From an uncultured Bdellovibrionales bacterium (GTDB lineage: Bacteria; Bdellovibrionota; Bdellovibrionia; Bdellovibrionales; Bdellovibrionaceae): 64,000 nucleotides of DNA. Below the pieces are notes generated by a model, which worked only from the letters and a program-made list of their open reading frames with translations, was not told the DNA's origin and did not search any database. Each line of letters begins with the position of its first letter. Position 1 is the first letter of the stretch. This document shows positions 27,889-36,201 of the stretch, piece by piece. The stretch spans positions 8,242-72,241 of the forward strand of contig CAIYID010000060.1 in NCBI GenBank assembly GCA_903926205.1, read 5' to 3'. The position numbers were made by a program, and so were the translations under genes.

Positions 27889-28737
27889 ATGGGTTTGCGA
27901 ATTAATACCAACACGAGCTCGCTCAATGCACAACGAACGTTGTGGGGCACAAAGCTCGCCCTAGATAAGAGCATGGAACGGCTCGCATCTGGTTACCGCA
28001 TCAACCGCGCAGGTGATGATGCTGCAGGTCTCGCGATTTCTGAGAATTTAAGAGCTCAGGTTCGAGGACTGAAGCAGGCTTCACGAAATGCGAATGATGG
28101 AATCTCACTCGTGCAAGTGGCAGAGGGAGCGATGAACGAAGTAAGTACTATCTTAATTCGACTTCGCGAGCTGGCTGTACAAGCCGCTTCTGACACCGTC
28201 GGAGCCGTTGAGCGACAATTCCTCAACGTGGAATATGATCAACTCATTTCAGAGGTGGATCGTATTGCCGATGGCACCGAGTTCAACGGAACACAGCTTC
28301 TGGCTGGCGTCGGATCAATCATGGATTTCCAGGTTGGTATCCGAAACAATCCAGAAATTGACCGTATCTCTTTCGATTCGTCGAAAGCGGACGCCAATTC
28401 TGCTGCGTTAGGTGTGAACTTAACGAGTGTCGCCGACAAGGCCTCAGCACAGAACTCGCTCTCTGCGATCGATAATGCGATCATGAGCGTCTCTGCGATG
28501 CGTGCCGACTTCGGTGCTCTTCAAAATCGTTTACAGACGACAGTCAGTAACATCCAAAACTCTGTGGAAAACATGTCTGCAGCAAATTCTCGAATTAGAG
28601 ATGTGGATGTGGCTGAAGAAACGTCTGAAATGACTCGTGATCATATTTTATTACAAGCTGGTACTGGTGTGTTAGCGCAAGCTAACCAATCAGCAAACGT
28701 AGCGCTTAACCTCTTGAACAAAACGTTTGGTGGATAA
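27889..28737 (+). CDS. fliC: Flagellin
   Basis: MGLRINTN N-terminus, conserved D0/D1 blocks (RLASGYRINRAGDDAAGLAISE, ...NRLQTTVSN...) and a C-terminal LLQAGTGVLAQANQ. Strong RBS AAGGAGGAGG. Confidence 0.9.
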   Translation: MGLRINTNTSSLNAQRTLWGTKLALDKSMERLASGYRINRAGDDAAGLAISENLRAQVRGLKQASRNANDGISLVQVAEGAMNEVSTILIRLRELAVQAASDTVGAVERQFLNVEYDQLISEVDRIADGTEFNGTQLLAGVGSIMDFQVGIRNNPEIDRISFDSSKADANSAALGVNLTSVADKASAQNSLSAIDNAIMSVSAMRADFGALQNRLQTTVSNIQNSVENMSAANSRIRDVDVAEETSEMTRDHILLQAGTGVLAQANQSANVALNLLNKTFGG

Positions 28738-28851
28738 TAGCTAACGCTACCCACTGAACGTCCTCGGTTTTAGATCTTTACGATCACCCGACATATTTTG
28801 TTCAGCTTTATAGCCTCATTGTTGCTGAAGTATTGAACTGTTTCCTGCGTT

Positions 28852-28883
28852 TGTGGGCCCCATCAAAAAATGGGTGCCCCACA
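28852..28883 (+). terminator. Imperfect GC-rich hairpin downstream of the first flagellin
   Basis: TGTGGGCCCCAT-caaaaa-ATGGGTGCCCCACA. Outer TGTGGG/CCCACA and inner CCCAT/ATGGG pair with an internal bulge. About 115 nt after the stop. Confidence 0.3.
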
Positions 28884-29152
28884 TTTAACACTGAAAACAG
28901 AGTTCATCCCGCTGTTGTTTGTGGTTAAAACCACTTCAATATTTTCAAATTTACCCTTTCCTCTTGGATAATTACGGCAAGTCAGTTTCTTGCAATTTCC
29001 AAATTCACTCTTGAGTTTCCGGAGTCACCTTTAAATCTCTGGAACTAAAATCCTGGAATCCTTCTAAAGTAATTTCGTCAAAAAGTTGACGTTCAAAATT
29101 TTCCAAAATTTGTTTATAGCTTTTAAAAAAATAATTTTTTATTAATCTGGAC

Positions 29153-29181
29153 TCAAATTGAGACATAAGTTTTCCGAATAA
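29153..29181 (+). promoter_or_regulatory. Candidate sigma-28-like promoter of flagellin 2
   Basis: TCAA-N17-CCGAATAA against the consensus TAAA-N15-GCCGATAA. It would give a ~100 nt leader. The spacing and the extra A in the -10 are imperfect. Confidence 0.25.
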
Positions 29182-29254
29182 ATCTATAGAGAATCAATTA
29201 TTGAATCTCACGGAAGTAGAATGCTTCTGACTGCCAAAACGGATGGCAAATAAT

Positions 29255-29286
29255 CAAGGAGGATAAGGCCATGCAAGGAGGATAGA
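29255..29286 (+). promoter_or_regulatory. Duplicated Shine-Dalgarno element plus 4-codon uORF in the flagellin-2 leader
   Basis: CAAGGAGGATA occurs twice (29255-29265 and 29274-29284). The first copy serves ATG 29271 (ATG CAA GGA GGA TAG). The second lies inside that mini-ORF and serves the fliC ATG 29287. Confidence 0.5.
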
Positions 29287-30120
29287 ATGGGTTTACGTAT
29301 TTCAACAAATGTCGCGTCGATAAACGCTCAGAAAAATCTGACGAACACGCAACGCGGGCTACACACAGCCATGGAACGTTTAAGTTCTGGTTACCGAATC
29401 AATAAGGCTTCCGATGATGCTGCTGGATTAGCAATTTCAGAAAATCTGAAAGGTTTAATCCGAGGTTACAGACAGGCTAATCGAAATGCCAACGATGGAG
29501 TCTCCCTAGTGCAAATTGCAGAGGGAAGTTTGAATGAAGTTTCGAATATGTTAATTCGACTTCGAGAGCTTGGGACTCAAGCTTCTTCAGACACGATCGG
29601 TGACACAGAAAGAAAATTTTTGGATGTGGAGTACCAACAATTAAAGTCAGAGATGCAGCGAATCACTGATTCCACGGCATTCAATGGCTATGATTTATTG
29701 AATGGAACTGGCGGAGTGATCGATATTCAAGTAGGTGTACACAATAATCCGTTTCTAGATCGAATTTCTTTCAATGCCTCAGCTGCAAATGCAACTCTGG
29801 AGTCATTAGGAGTCGTGGCGGAAACGGTTGCTACGAAGCAGTCTGCACAAAATTCACTAACAGTCATTGATAATGCAATGACTTCGGTGAATGCGATTCG
29901 GGCAAATTTTGGAGCGCTTCAGAATCGTTTGCAAAGCACATCCGCGAATTTGCTCGTTGCTGAAGAAAACTACTCAGCGGCGAACTCGCGAATTCGTGAC
30001 ACTGATGTGGCTGCTGAAACGGCAGAGATGACTCGCAATAATATCTTATTGCAAGCCGGCGTCTCCGTTCTTCAACAAGCAAACAGTGCTCAGCAAGTGG
30101 CACTAAAGCTCTTGCAATAG
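29287..30120 (+). CDS. fliC: Flagellin (second tandem paralog)
   Basis: MGLRISTN N-terminus, RLSSGYRINKASDDAAGLAISE, and C-terminal ILLQAGVSVLQQAN. RBS AAGGAGG sits 5 nt upstream. Confidence 0.9.
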   Translation: MGLRISTNVASINAQKNLTNTQRGLHTAMERLSSGYRINKASDDAAGLAISENLKGLIRGYRQANRNANDGVSLVQIAEGSLNEVSNMLIRLRELGTQASSDTIGDTERKFLDVEYQQLKSEMQRITDSTAFNGYDLLNGTGGVIDIQVGVHNNPFLDRISFNASAANATLESLGVVAETVATKQSAQNSLTVIDNAMTSVNAIRANFGALQNRLQSTSANLLVAEENYSAANSRIRDTDVAAETAEMTRNNILLQAGVSVLQQANSAQQVALKLLQ

Positions 30121-30132
30121 TAGTTAAAAACC

Positions 30133-30161
30133 AGGGGGAGGGTTTTCTAAACTCTCCCCCT
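30133..30161. terminator. Bidirectional rho-independent terminator between flagellin 2 and the lysR-type gene
   Basis: AGGGGGAG-13 nt-CTCCCCCT perfect 8-bp GC-rich stem. TTT follows on the plus strand and TTTTT follows on the minus strand. Confidence 0.6.
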
Positions 30162-30176
30162 TTATAAATTGGTGAA

Positions 30177-30944
30177 CTAAAACAACTGCGTGATTTTTTC
30201 CCAGATTTTGGGAGGAATAAGATCATTGCCAATGAGATAAATCGTGTACTGGCCTTTGCCTCGACCTGTCTTTGCATCAACTGGTAAGGTTCCGATGCCT
30301 CCAACTTCCTGCAACCAATGTTTTCTTAATGCCAACGAATTGCTGATCATAAAATGATTCACTTCTTCCGTCATTTTTTTATCATAGCCGGCAAGTTCGT
30401 AAGCACTCGCCACCATGACCGTTTTATTCGTAGAAATTTTTTCCATTTGTTGATAACCCACTTCTAACATGTGGTTAAACTTTTGTTTGGTGGGCGGTCG
30501 CACCGTGAAAATTAAGTCCAGTCCACCATTTAAAAACTGAGAATCTAGATCTTTGAAATCCAATACATCCAAATATATTTTTTTGATTTTTAACTGATCA
30601 AAACAATTTTTGGCAAATTGGCTAGCAATCATTGAAATACCTTCCAAAGTTCCAATATGGAGCTCTGTGATTTCCATCTCTTGAGCAATAGCCACAATTT
30701 CAGATTCAAGACGCCCCATCCCCTTCATGAACGCCGCAGATAAATCATGAGCCACCTGCGTCCATCCAGATTTCCTTCGTGCGGAACGATCCAACAAAAC
30801 AATTTGAAGAGCGTGTTCGACTTTGGAAATGACCCGACTCAGTTGTGGTTGACTGAGTCCCACATGAGCCGACGCCGCGGATAGGTTTTTATGTTGTACG
30901 GCTTTAGCAAGAACGCCCATTTCATAGGTTAAATTTTGCAACAT
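30177..30944 (-). CDS. LysR-family transcriptional regulator
   Basis: 255 aa. N-terminal wHTH AVQHKNLSAASAHVGLSQPQLSRVISKVE, followed by a substrate-binding-like domain. Confidence 0.85.
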   Translation of the reverse strand: MLQNLTYEMGVLAKAVQHKNLSAASAHVGLSQPQLSRVISKVEHALQIVLLDRSARRKSGWTQVAHDLSAAFMKGMGRLESEIVAIAQEMEITELHIGTLEGISMIASQFAKNCFDQLKIKKIYLDVLDFKDLDSQFLNGGLDLIFTVRPPTKQKFNHMLEVGYQQMEKISTNKTVMVASAYELAGYDKKMTEEVNHFMISNSLALRKHWLQEVGGIGTLPVDAKTGRGKGQYTIYLIGNDLIPPKIWEKITQLF

Positions 30945-30953
30945 GAGAGTCCT

Positions 30954-32627
30954 TTATTTTTTAATATAATTAAAGAACGCAATCACACCTAATCCGACCG
31001 CAAGAAAATAGCCAAAAAAACTAAAAGCCGGCATCCCTGCCAGCAAATTGTCGCTCGGATGGACCAATATAAAAGAAGCACTTCCTACCAAAGCAGCAAT
31101 AATAATTCCTAAAAAAAGAAGATTAAAGGAAACTTCAATCGATTTTTTAAGCTCATCGATATTTTTAATATTAATTTTTGCGGCGTAATCTGGACTGTTT
31201 AGACGCCGAAACATAAAATGCAACTGCCGGGGTAAACTGCTTACAAGAGCTTTTGATTCTCTCGCAACTTGAGAAAAATCGTTCAAAATTTTCTGTGGAT
31301 CATATTGGGCCTTGATCATCTCTGCCGCAAATTCGATGGCATAGTTGAGAAAATCAAAATCAGGTTGAATTCGTTTACCAAGACCTTCAATCGCCACTAA
31401 GGATTTGAAAAAAAGCATCAGTTCTGTGGGAACAATAAGTCCGTGGCGCGCAGCCACTCCAGCCGAAGAAAGAAGAATCCCCCCTAGGTTGACATTTTTT
31501 AACGTGAGCCCAAAAAACGGCGCAATCAAATCGCGCAAATCTTTGGCAAAAAGATCAACATCCACCTTCTCACTGAAAGGAGCCAAATCGACAAACTCAT
31601 AGGCCAAACGATCATAGTCCTCTTTTGAAAGAGCCATAAACATCGAAGAAACTGCGGCCTTCGCTCGTTGATTCAGACGCCCGACCACTCCAAAATCCAC
31701 CAGACCGATCTGATTATTTGGTAAAATAAAGAAATTTCCTGCATGCAAATCGCCGTGAAAAAATCCATCTTGAAAAACCATTTTCAGATAAGCGCGAAGC
31801 CCTCGACGAATCACTTCCGTGTTATCAAGTCCCTCTTTTGCGCCATTCCCACTCTGACTGAGCGGAACTCCACTGAGAGCCTCCATAGTCAAGACCCGCT
31901 CCGTAGTTAAGTTCAAATACACCGTGGGAATTTTGATCGACGGATCATTAGCAAAATTTTGTTTAAACCGGCGCAAGTTATTCGCCTCGACGACAAAATT
32001 AGTTTCTAAATCCAGAGTTTTAAAATATTCATCGACGATTCCTGTCGGATTAAAAGGACGAGACTCAGGAATATAGGTATGAATCATGTCCGCCAAAAAA
32101 TAGAGAACATTGAGATCATCATTGATCTTCTCAATGATGCCGGGACGCTGGACCTTGATAACCACTTGCTCACCGGTTGAAAGTATCGCGCGATGCACTT
32201 GTGCTATACTGGCGGAGCCAAGAGGTTCAGGCTCAATAGATAAAAAAACTTTATAAAGAGAATCGCCAAATTCGTTCTTTAAAACTCCTTCAATCAAATC
32301 AAAAGTGATGGGCTGCACTTGATCGTGAAGTTTAGAAAACTCAGTGACAAAGTCTTCCGGAACCAAGTCGGGACGAGACGCCAATAACTGTCCCAATTTC
32401 ACAAAAGTAGGGCCGAGCTCTTCAAAGCTCATTCGAATGCGTTCCGCCATGGAGTAGCGATCAATGTCCTGAGCCGCATTCAAGCGCGCCAAAATAAAGC
32501 GTCCTAATTTTAAGCGTTCAGCAATGTTATGAAAACCATGTTTAGCAAAAACGCCAACAATCGTCCTCAAACGTGAGGCGTTTTTTATCGTTTGTCCAAT
32601 TTGCTTTGAGGTTCGTAAAAATTGCAT
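30954..32627 (-). CDS. ubiB: ABC1/UbiB-family atypical kinase
   Basis: 557 aa. ELGPTFVKLGQLLASRPDL, ASIAQVH, HGDLHAGN, and two C-terminal TM helices. Confidence 0.85.
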   Translation of the reverse strand: MQFLRTSKQIGQTIKNASRLRTIVGVFAKHGFHNIAERLKLGRFILARLNAAQDIDRYSMAERIRMSFEELGPTFVKLGQLLASRPDLVPEDFVTEFSKLHDQVQPITFDLIEGVLKNEFGDSLYKVFLSIEPEPLGSASIAQVHRAILSTGEQVVIKVQRPGIIEKINDDLNVLYFLADMIHTYIPESRPFNPTGIVDEYFKTLDLETNFVVEANNLRRFKQNFANDPSIKIPTVYLNLTTERVLTMEALSGVPLSQSGNGAKEGLDNTEVIRRGLRAYLKMVFQDGFFHGDLHAGNFFILPNNQIGLVDFGVVGRLNQRAKAAVSSMFMALSKEDYDRLAYEFVDLAPFSEKVDVDLFAKDLRDLIAPFFGLTLKNVNLGGILLSSAGVAARHGLIVPTELMLFFKSLVAIEGLGKRIQPDFDFLNYAIEFAAEMIKAQYDPQKILNDFSQVARESKALVSSLPRQLHFMFRRLNSPDYAAKINIKNIDELKKSIEVSFNLLFLGIIIAALVGSASFILVHPSDNLLAGMPAFSFFGYFLAVGLGVIAFFNYIKK

Positions 32628-32636
32628 CTAAGAAAA

Positions 32637-34985
32637 TTATCGGCGTCGATTTTTCTTCTGTCTACGGCTTTTACTGTCAAACTCAGTCTTATTTTTCTTC
32701 TGATTGTTCAATTGAGTTTTAATGCCGCCCGGTGAAGTATCAACATCCTCTTCCTCACGCGTTATTTTTTTTCTACTTTCAAATCGTTGAAGATGTTTGG
32801 GTGTTTCCTTCTTAGCGTCCAGTTTGTTTTCCACCGTTTTGGACTTAGGATTTTTATTTTCTTGCCGTCGTTTTTTAAGGTGTTCGAGCAAAGACATCCG
32901 CTTGCCGGGCTTGGCCTCTGCAGAGGGTTGAGAATCGGGTCGCACTGCCGCAGGTCGCCGCCTGTCAGAAGAGCCCTTTACAGGAGTCTCCTTCGTGCGA
33001 CCCCGGCTGGAACTTTTGAAAGATTTTGTAAACGGAGCGCGATTGAGCGGTTTTCGCGCTTTAGCGCTATCGCTTTCTGTCAGCTCAAAATTGATCTGAC
33101 CAGCTTCAATATCAACGCTTTCGACTTTAACTTTGACCACGTCACCAATATTGAACGAGTGACCTGTGCGCTTGTTATATAAACGAATACGTTCATCGTC
33201 GTATTCATAGCCATAACCCAATTTTTCCATGCGAATAAGTCCATCGACTTCATATTCACGAAGTAAAACAAAAACTCCAAATTTAACAACGGAACTCACC
33301 ATGCCATCGAGCTCTTTCCCGATGTGCTTCTCCATAAATCTAGCTTTTTTAATGGAGATCAACTGCCGCTCTGATTTAACCGCACGTTGTTCACAGGCAG
33401 AAAGCATAACTCCTGCTGAAGCCAAATCATCTTCGCTCATCAATCGGTATTTCGAATTAGGCATGATTTGATTCTTAATCAACCGATGAACAATCAAATC
33501 GGGATAACGACGAATCGGCGAAGTGAAATGAGTGTAAAAATCAAAACCCAGTCCAAAGTGTCCTACATTTTTATTGGAGTATTTCGCCTGCGCCATTGAG
33601 CGAAGAGTCAAAATATGTAGGATTAAGGCCTCAGGCTTTCCTTCAAACTCCTGCAAAGCACGAGTCAAAAGTTTCTGTAATTTGCCACCCTTCAATTTGA
33701 ATTTTCCACCGAAAGTTTGCAGGTAGCGCTCTAAAATTGCGATCGCGTCTGTGTTCGGATTTTCATGAATACGATAAAAAGCGGGAATCTCTCTCCCGGC
33801 TAAAAATTTTGCCACGGCGACGTTGGCGGCCAACATCATCTCTTCAATCACTCGGTGAGCAAAAAGTCTTTCTGAACGAATAATGTCTATTGGAACACCA
33901 CTGGCATCTATCACCATTTGAGTTTCAGGAATTTCTAAATCCAAAGACCCTTCGCGAAAACGCTTGGCCATCAAGACTTTGGCTAAATCTGCGGCACGAC
34001 GAATTTCATCTTCGACATGAGCGAGCTTTTCAATTTTATTTCCCTCAATAAGCTCTTGAGCTTCGCCATAAGTGACTCGGGCCTTACTTTCGATGACGGC
34101 TTCATAAAAATCAGATTTTTGCGCCACTCCATTGAAATCAAGTTGCATTTCTGCAACCAAGGCCAAGCGAGGCAAATGCGGATTTAAAGAGCAAAGCCCG
34201 TTGGACAAAACCTCTGGCAACATCGGCGTCACAAAATTGGGATAATAAACAGAAGTTCCACGCTCATAAGCATCTTTGTCAATGGCCGAGCCCACCTGCA
34301 CATAATGAGAAACATCCGCAATAGCCACATAAAGCAAAAAGCCCAAACTGTTCGTTTCAACATAGACGGCATCATCAAAATCTTTTGCGGTGGCACCATC
34401 AATAGTCACGAATTTCAGTGAACGTAAATCACGACGCCCCTTCATGTCTGATTCAGACACAAGTTCGGTAAAACGTTTAGCTTCTTGTAAGCAAGCTTGG
34501 CTGAACTCATGAGGAATATTATTTACGAGTAGCACTCGTTTGATATCATTCATTGGATCTTCGGCACTTCCCAGAATTTCCGTGACTTGTCCAAAAAAAC
34601 CTTTTGCATCGTCTGGGTAAGTCAAAATATTTGCCGCGACCAATTGACCGTTTGAGGCATTCATCGAGTCTTCGACTTTGATTTTTAAATCTCCGCCCCA
34701 ACCCTTGCCTTCATCTTTGATAATTCCAATATTTCCAGTGGATTTAAAAAATTGTCCGACAACTTTTTTAAATCCTCGCTCGGTAACTTTTATGATTTCT
34801 CCGCGAAAGCGCTCGCCGCCCTTTTCTTCTTCAACCTGAACCATTACCTTGTCAGAGGTCATGATTCCTTCCATTGAGTGTCGTGGAATATAGACATCCG
34901 GATGTTCAGGATCGTCAGGGATTAGAAATCCAAAGCCATCGGGATTGCGTTTTATTTTGCCAGAGATGATTTTACGTCGTTGCAT
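32637..34985 (-). CDS. rnr: Ribonuclease R
   Basis: Cold-shock-like N-terminus, an RNB domain (TIDGATAKDFDDAV, HFGLGFDFYTHFTSPIRRYPDL), an S1 domain and a Lys/Arg-rich tail. ATG 34985 preferred over GTG 35003. Confidence 0.9.
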   Translation of the reverse strand: MQRRKIISGKIKRNPDGFGFLIPDDPEHPDVYIPRHSMEGIMTSDKVMVQVEEEKGGERFRGEIIKVTERGFKKVVGQFFKSTGNIGIIKDEGKGWGGDLKIKVEDSMNASNGQLVAANILTYPDDAKGFFGQVTEILGSAEDPMNDIKRVLLVNNIPHEFSQACLQEAKRFTELVSESDMKGRRDLRSLKFVTIDGATAKDFDDAVYVETNSLGFLLYVAIADVSHYVQVGSAIDKDAYERGTSVYYPNFVTPMLPEVLSNGLCSLNPHLPRLALVAEMQLDFNGVAQKSDFYEAVIESKARVTYGEAQELIEGNKIEKLAHVEDEIRRAADLAKVLMAKRFREGSLDLEIPETQMVIDASGVPIDIIRSERLFAHRVIEEMMLAANVAVAKFLAGREIPAFYRIHENPNTDAIAILERYLQTFGGKFKLKGGKLQKLLTRALQEFEGKPEALILHILTLRSMAQAKYSNKNVGHFGLGFDFYTHFTSPIRRYPDLIVHRLIKNQIMPNSKYRLMSEDDLASAGVMLSACEQRAVKSERQLISIKKARFMEKHIGKELDGMVSSVVKFGVFVLLREYEVDGLIRMEKLGYGYEYDDERIRLYNKRTGHSFNIGDVVKVKVESVDIEAGQINFELTESDSAKARKPLNRAPFTKSFKSSSRGRTKETPVKGSSDRRRPAAVRPDSQPSAEAKPGKRMSLLEHLKKRRQENKNPKSKTVENKLDAKKETPKHLQRFESRKKITREEEDVDTSPGGIKTQLNNQKKNKTEFDSKSRRQKKNRRR

Positions 34986-35134
34986 GTGCAATAAGATTAA
35001 CACCTCAATCTAGAAAGAAAACCAACATCGCGATAAAACGCATTGCTCCATCGACCAGATGAAAACTAGCGAATCACCAGCCTGTTTGCAGCTCGGATTT
35101 CGACCGTCGTCAGCACTCTCCTTTGAGCTGAGCC

Positions 35135-35150
35135 TGGTATTTGTCATGCT
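35135..35150 (+). promoter_or_regulatory. Candidate sigma-54-like -24/-12 element
   Basis: TGGTAT-ttgtc-ATGCT keeps the GG-N10-GC core. 24 nt upstream of ATG 35174. Confidence 0.2.
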
Positions 35151-35173
35151 AAGTCCATTTTTCTGGAGGTTTT

Positions 35174-36157
35174 ATGAAACGAAATTTTTTAGTTTTAATC
35201 CTTAGTTTGTTAAACATTCTTCTATTGGCGGCTTGCGATATTAAGACCGTCGAAGATGGGCCCGTGAAAAGCGCTGAGACAACAGCTGTAAATATGATTT
35301 CAGCCGAGATTTTAGAGGGAAAAACCATGAATGAGTTTAGTGTTCAACTCAATTTACCTGTAGGTCAGAATTTTCTCTTAACAAGGGAACTGAATAATAA
35401 GCAGGAACTTTTAACTGCCGTGAATTCTACTTTTTTAGATCAAGAGGTTCGCCCTGGAAATACTTATAAATATGCTATCGGAACAATGGAGAACAAAGGC
35501 TTTATCAAAATTCAAGAAATCAGTGTGAGTGTTCCAATGGACATGGTTATTAAAGACGAGGTTGAAGTCACACCAGAAAATTTAACAAATTGGAGCCATC
35601 TTCGAAATTTAACCTTTTTGCCAAATTCGACTCTATTTACAAATGGACTCACTTTAATAATCAAGGCGAAATATATTTCAGCACAAGATGGCGTAATTCA
35701 AAGCTACCGTCTGAACTCGACGGCACCCAGAGGAGTTTCTGGCCGCTCGGCAGGAGAAATTAGCATTAAAGCTGAGGATGGCACCGGCTCATTAACCGTC
35801 AATATGCGAGGGGAAAAGGGAGGGCAAGGTTCACCCGGAAGCCCAGGCTCCATCCAAAAACCAGGAGACTCAGGTGGATCAGGAATGAACGGAGGCGATA
35901 CTGGGATCGCGCATTTAAGAGTGCCCGCGGCACTGACTGTCAGCGTTTACCACTCGGTTGGCCTTGGTGGTGATGGTGGAGAAAAAGGTCCGGGCTTTCC
36001 TGGTTTTCACTGCCAACCCCATATCCACTGTCATACCCAATTACCAATGCCCTCAGGCCCCCAAGGCCCCCAAGGCAAAGATGGTGCTTTAGGACAAACC
36101 TGTACCTCAAGCTCGAGCGAACCAGAAGAGTGCTCTATCGGTGTTGTATTGAATTAA
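35174..36157 (+). CDS. Lipoprotein with Gly-rich/collagen-like triplet runs
   Basis: 327 aa. Lipobox LLLAAC, an FN3-like block (EVRPGNTYKYAIG), and short G-X-Y runs GEKGGQGSPGSPGS and GPQGPQGKDGALGQ. RBS GGAGG. Confidence 0.5.
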   Translation: MKRNFLVLILSLLNILLLAACDIKTVEDGPVKSAETTAVNMISAEILEGKTMNEFSVQLNLPVGQNFLLTRELNNKQELLTAVNSTFLDQEVRPGNTYKYAIGTMENKGFIKIQEISVSVPMDMVIKDEVEVTPENLTNWSHLRNLTFLPNSTLFTNGLTLIIKAKYISAQDGVIQSYRLNSTAPRGVSGRSAGEISIKAEDGTGSLTVNMRGEKGGQGSPGSPGSIQKPGDSGGSGMNGGDTGIAHLRVPAALTVSVYHSVGLGGDGGEKGPGFPGFHCQPHIHCHTQLPMPSGPQGPQGKDGALGQTCTSSSSEPEECSIGVVLN

Positions 36158-36201
36158 TTTACAATTTAATTTTACAGTTCTGTAACTTGTCTTTAACGAA
36201 A

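Noticed and set aside
29864-30304. 146-aa minus-strand ORF antisense to the flagellin-2 3' end
   Set aside because: It runs through the strong bidirectional terminator hairpin (30133-30161) and into the lysR-type gene end. It has no family resemblance.
35780-36100. Collagen-like triplets as a sign of a prophage tail-fibre gene
   Set aside because: The protein has a lipobox signal, the triplet runs are only about 5 repeats long, and no phage structural, integrase or lysis genes flank it.
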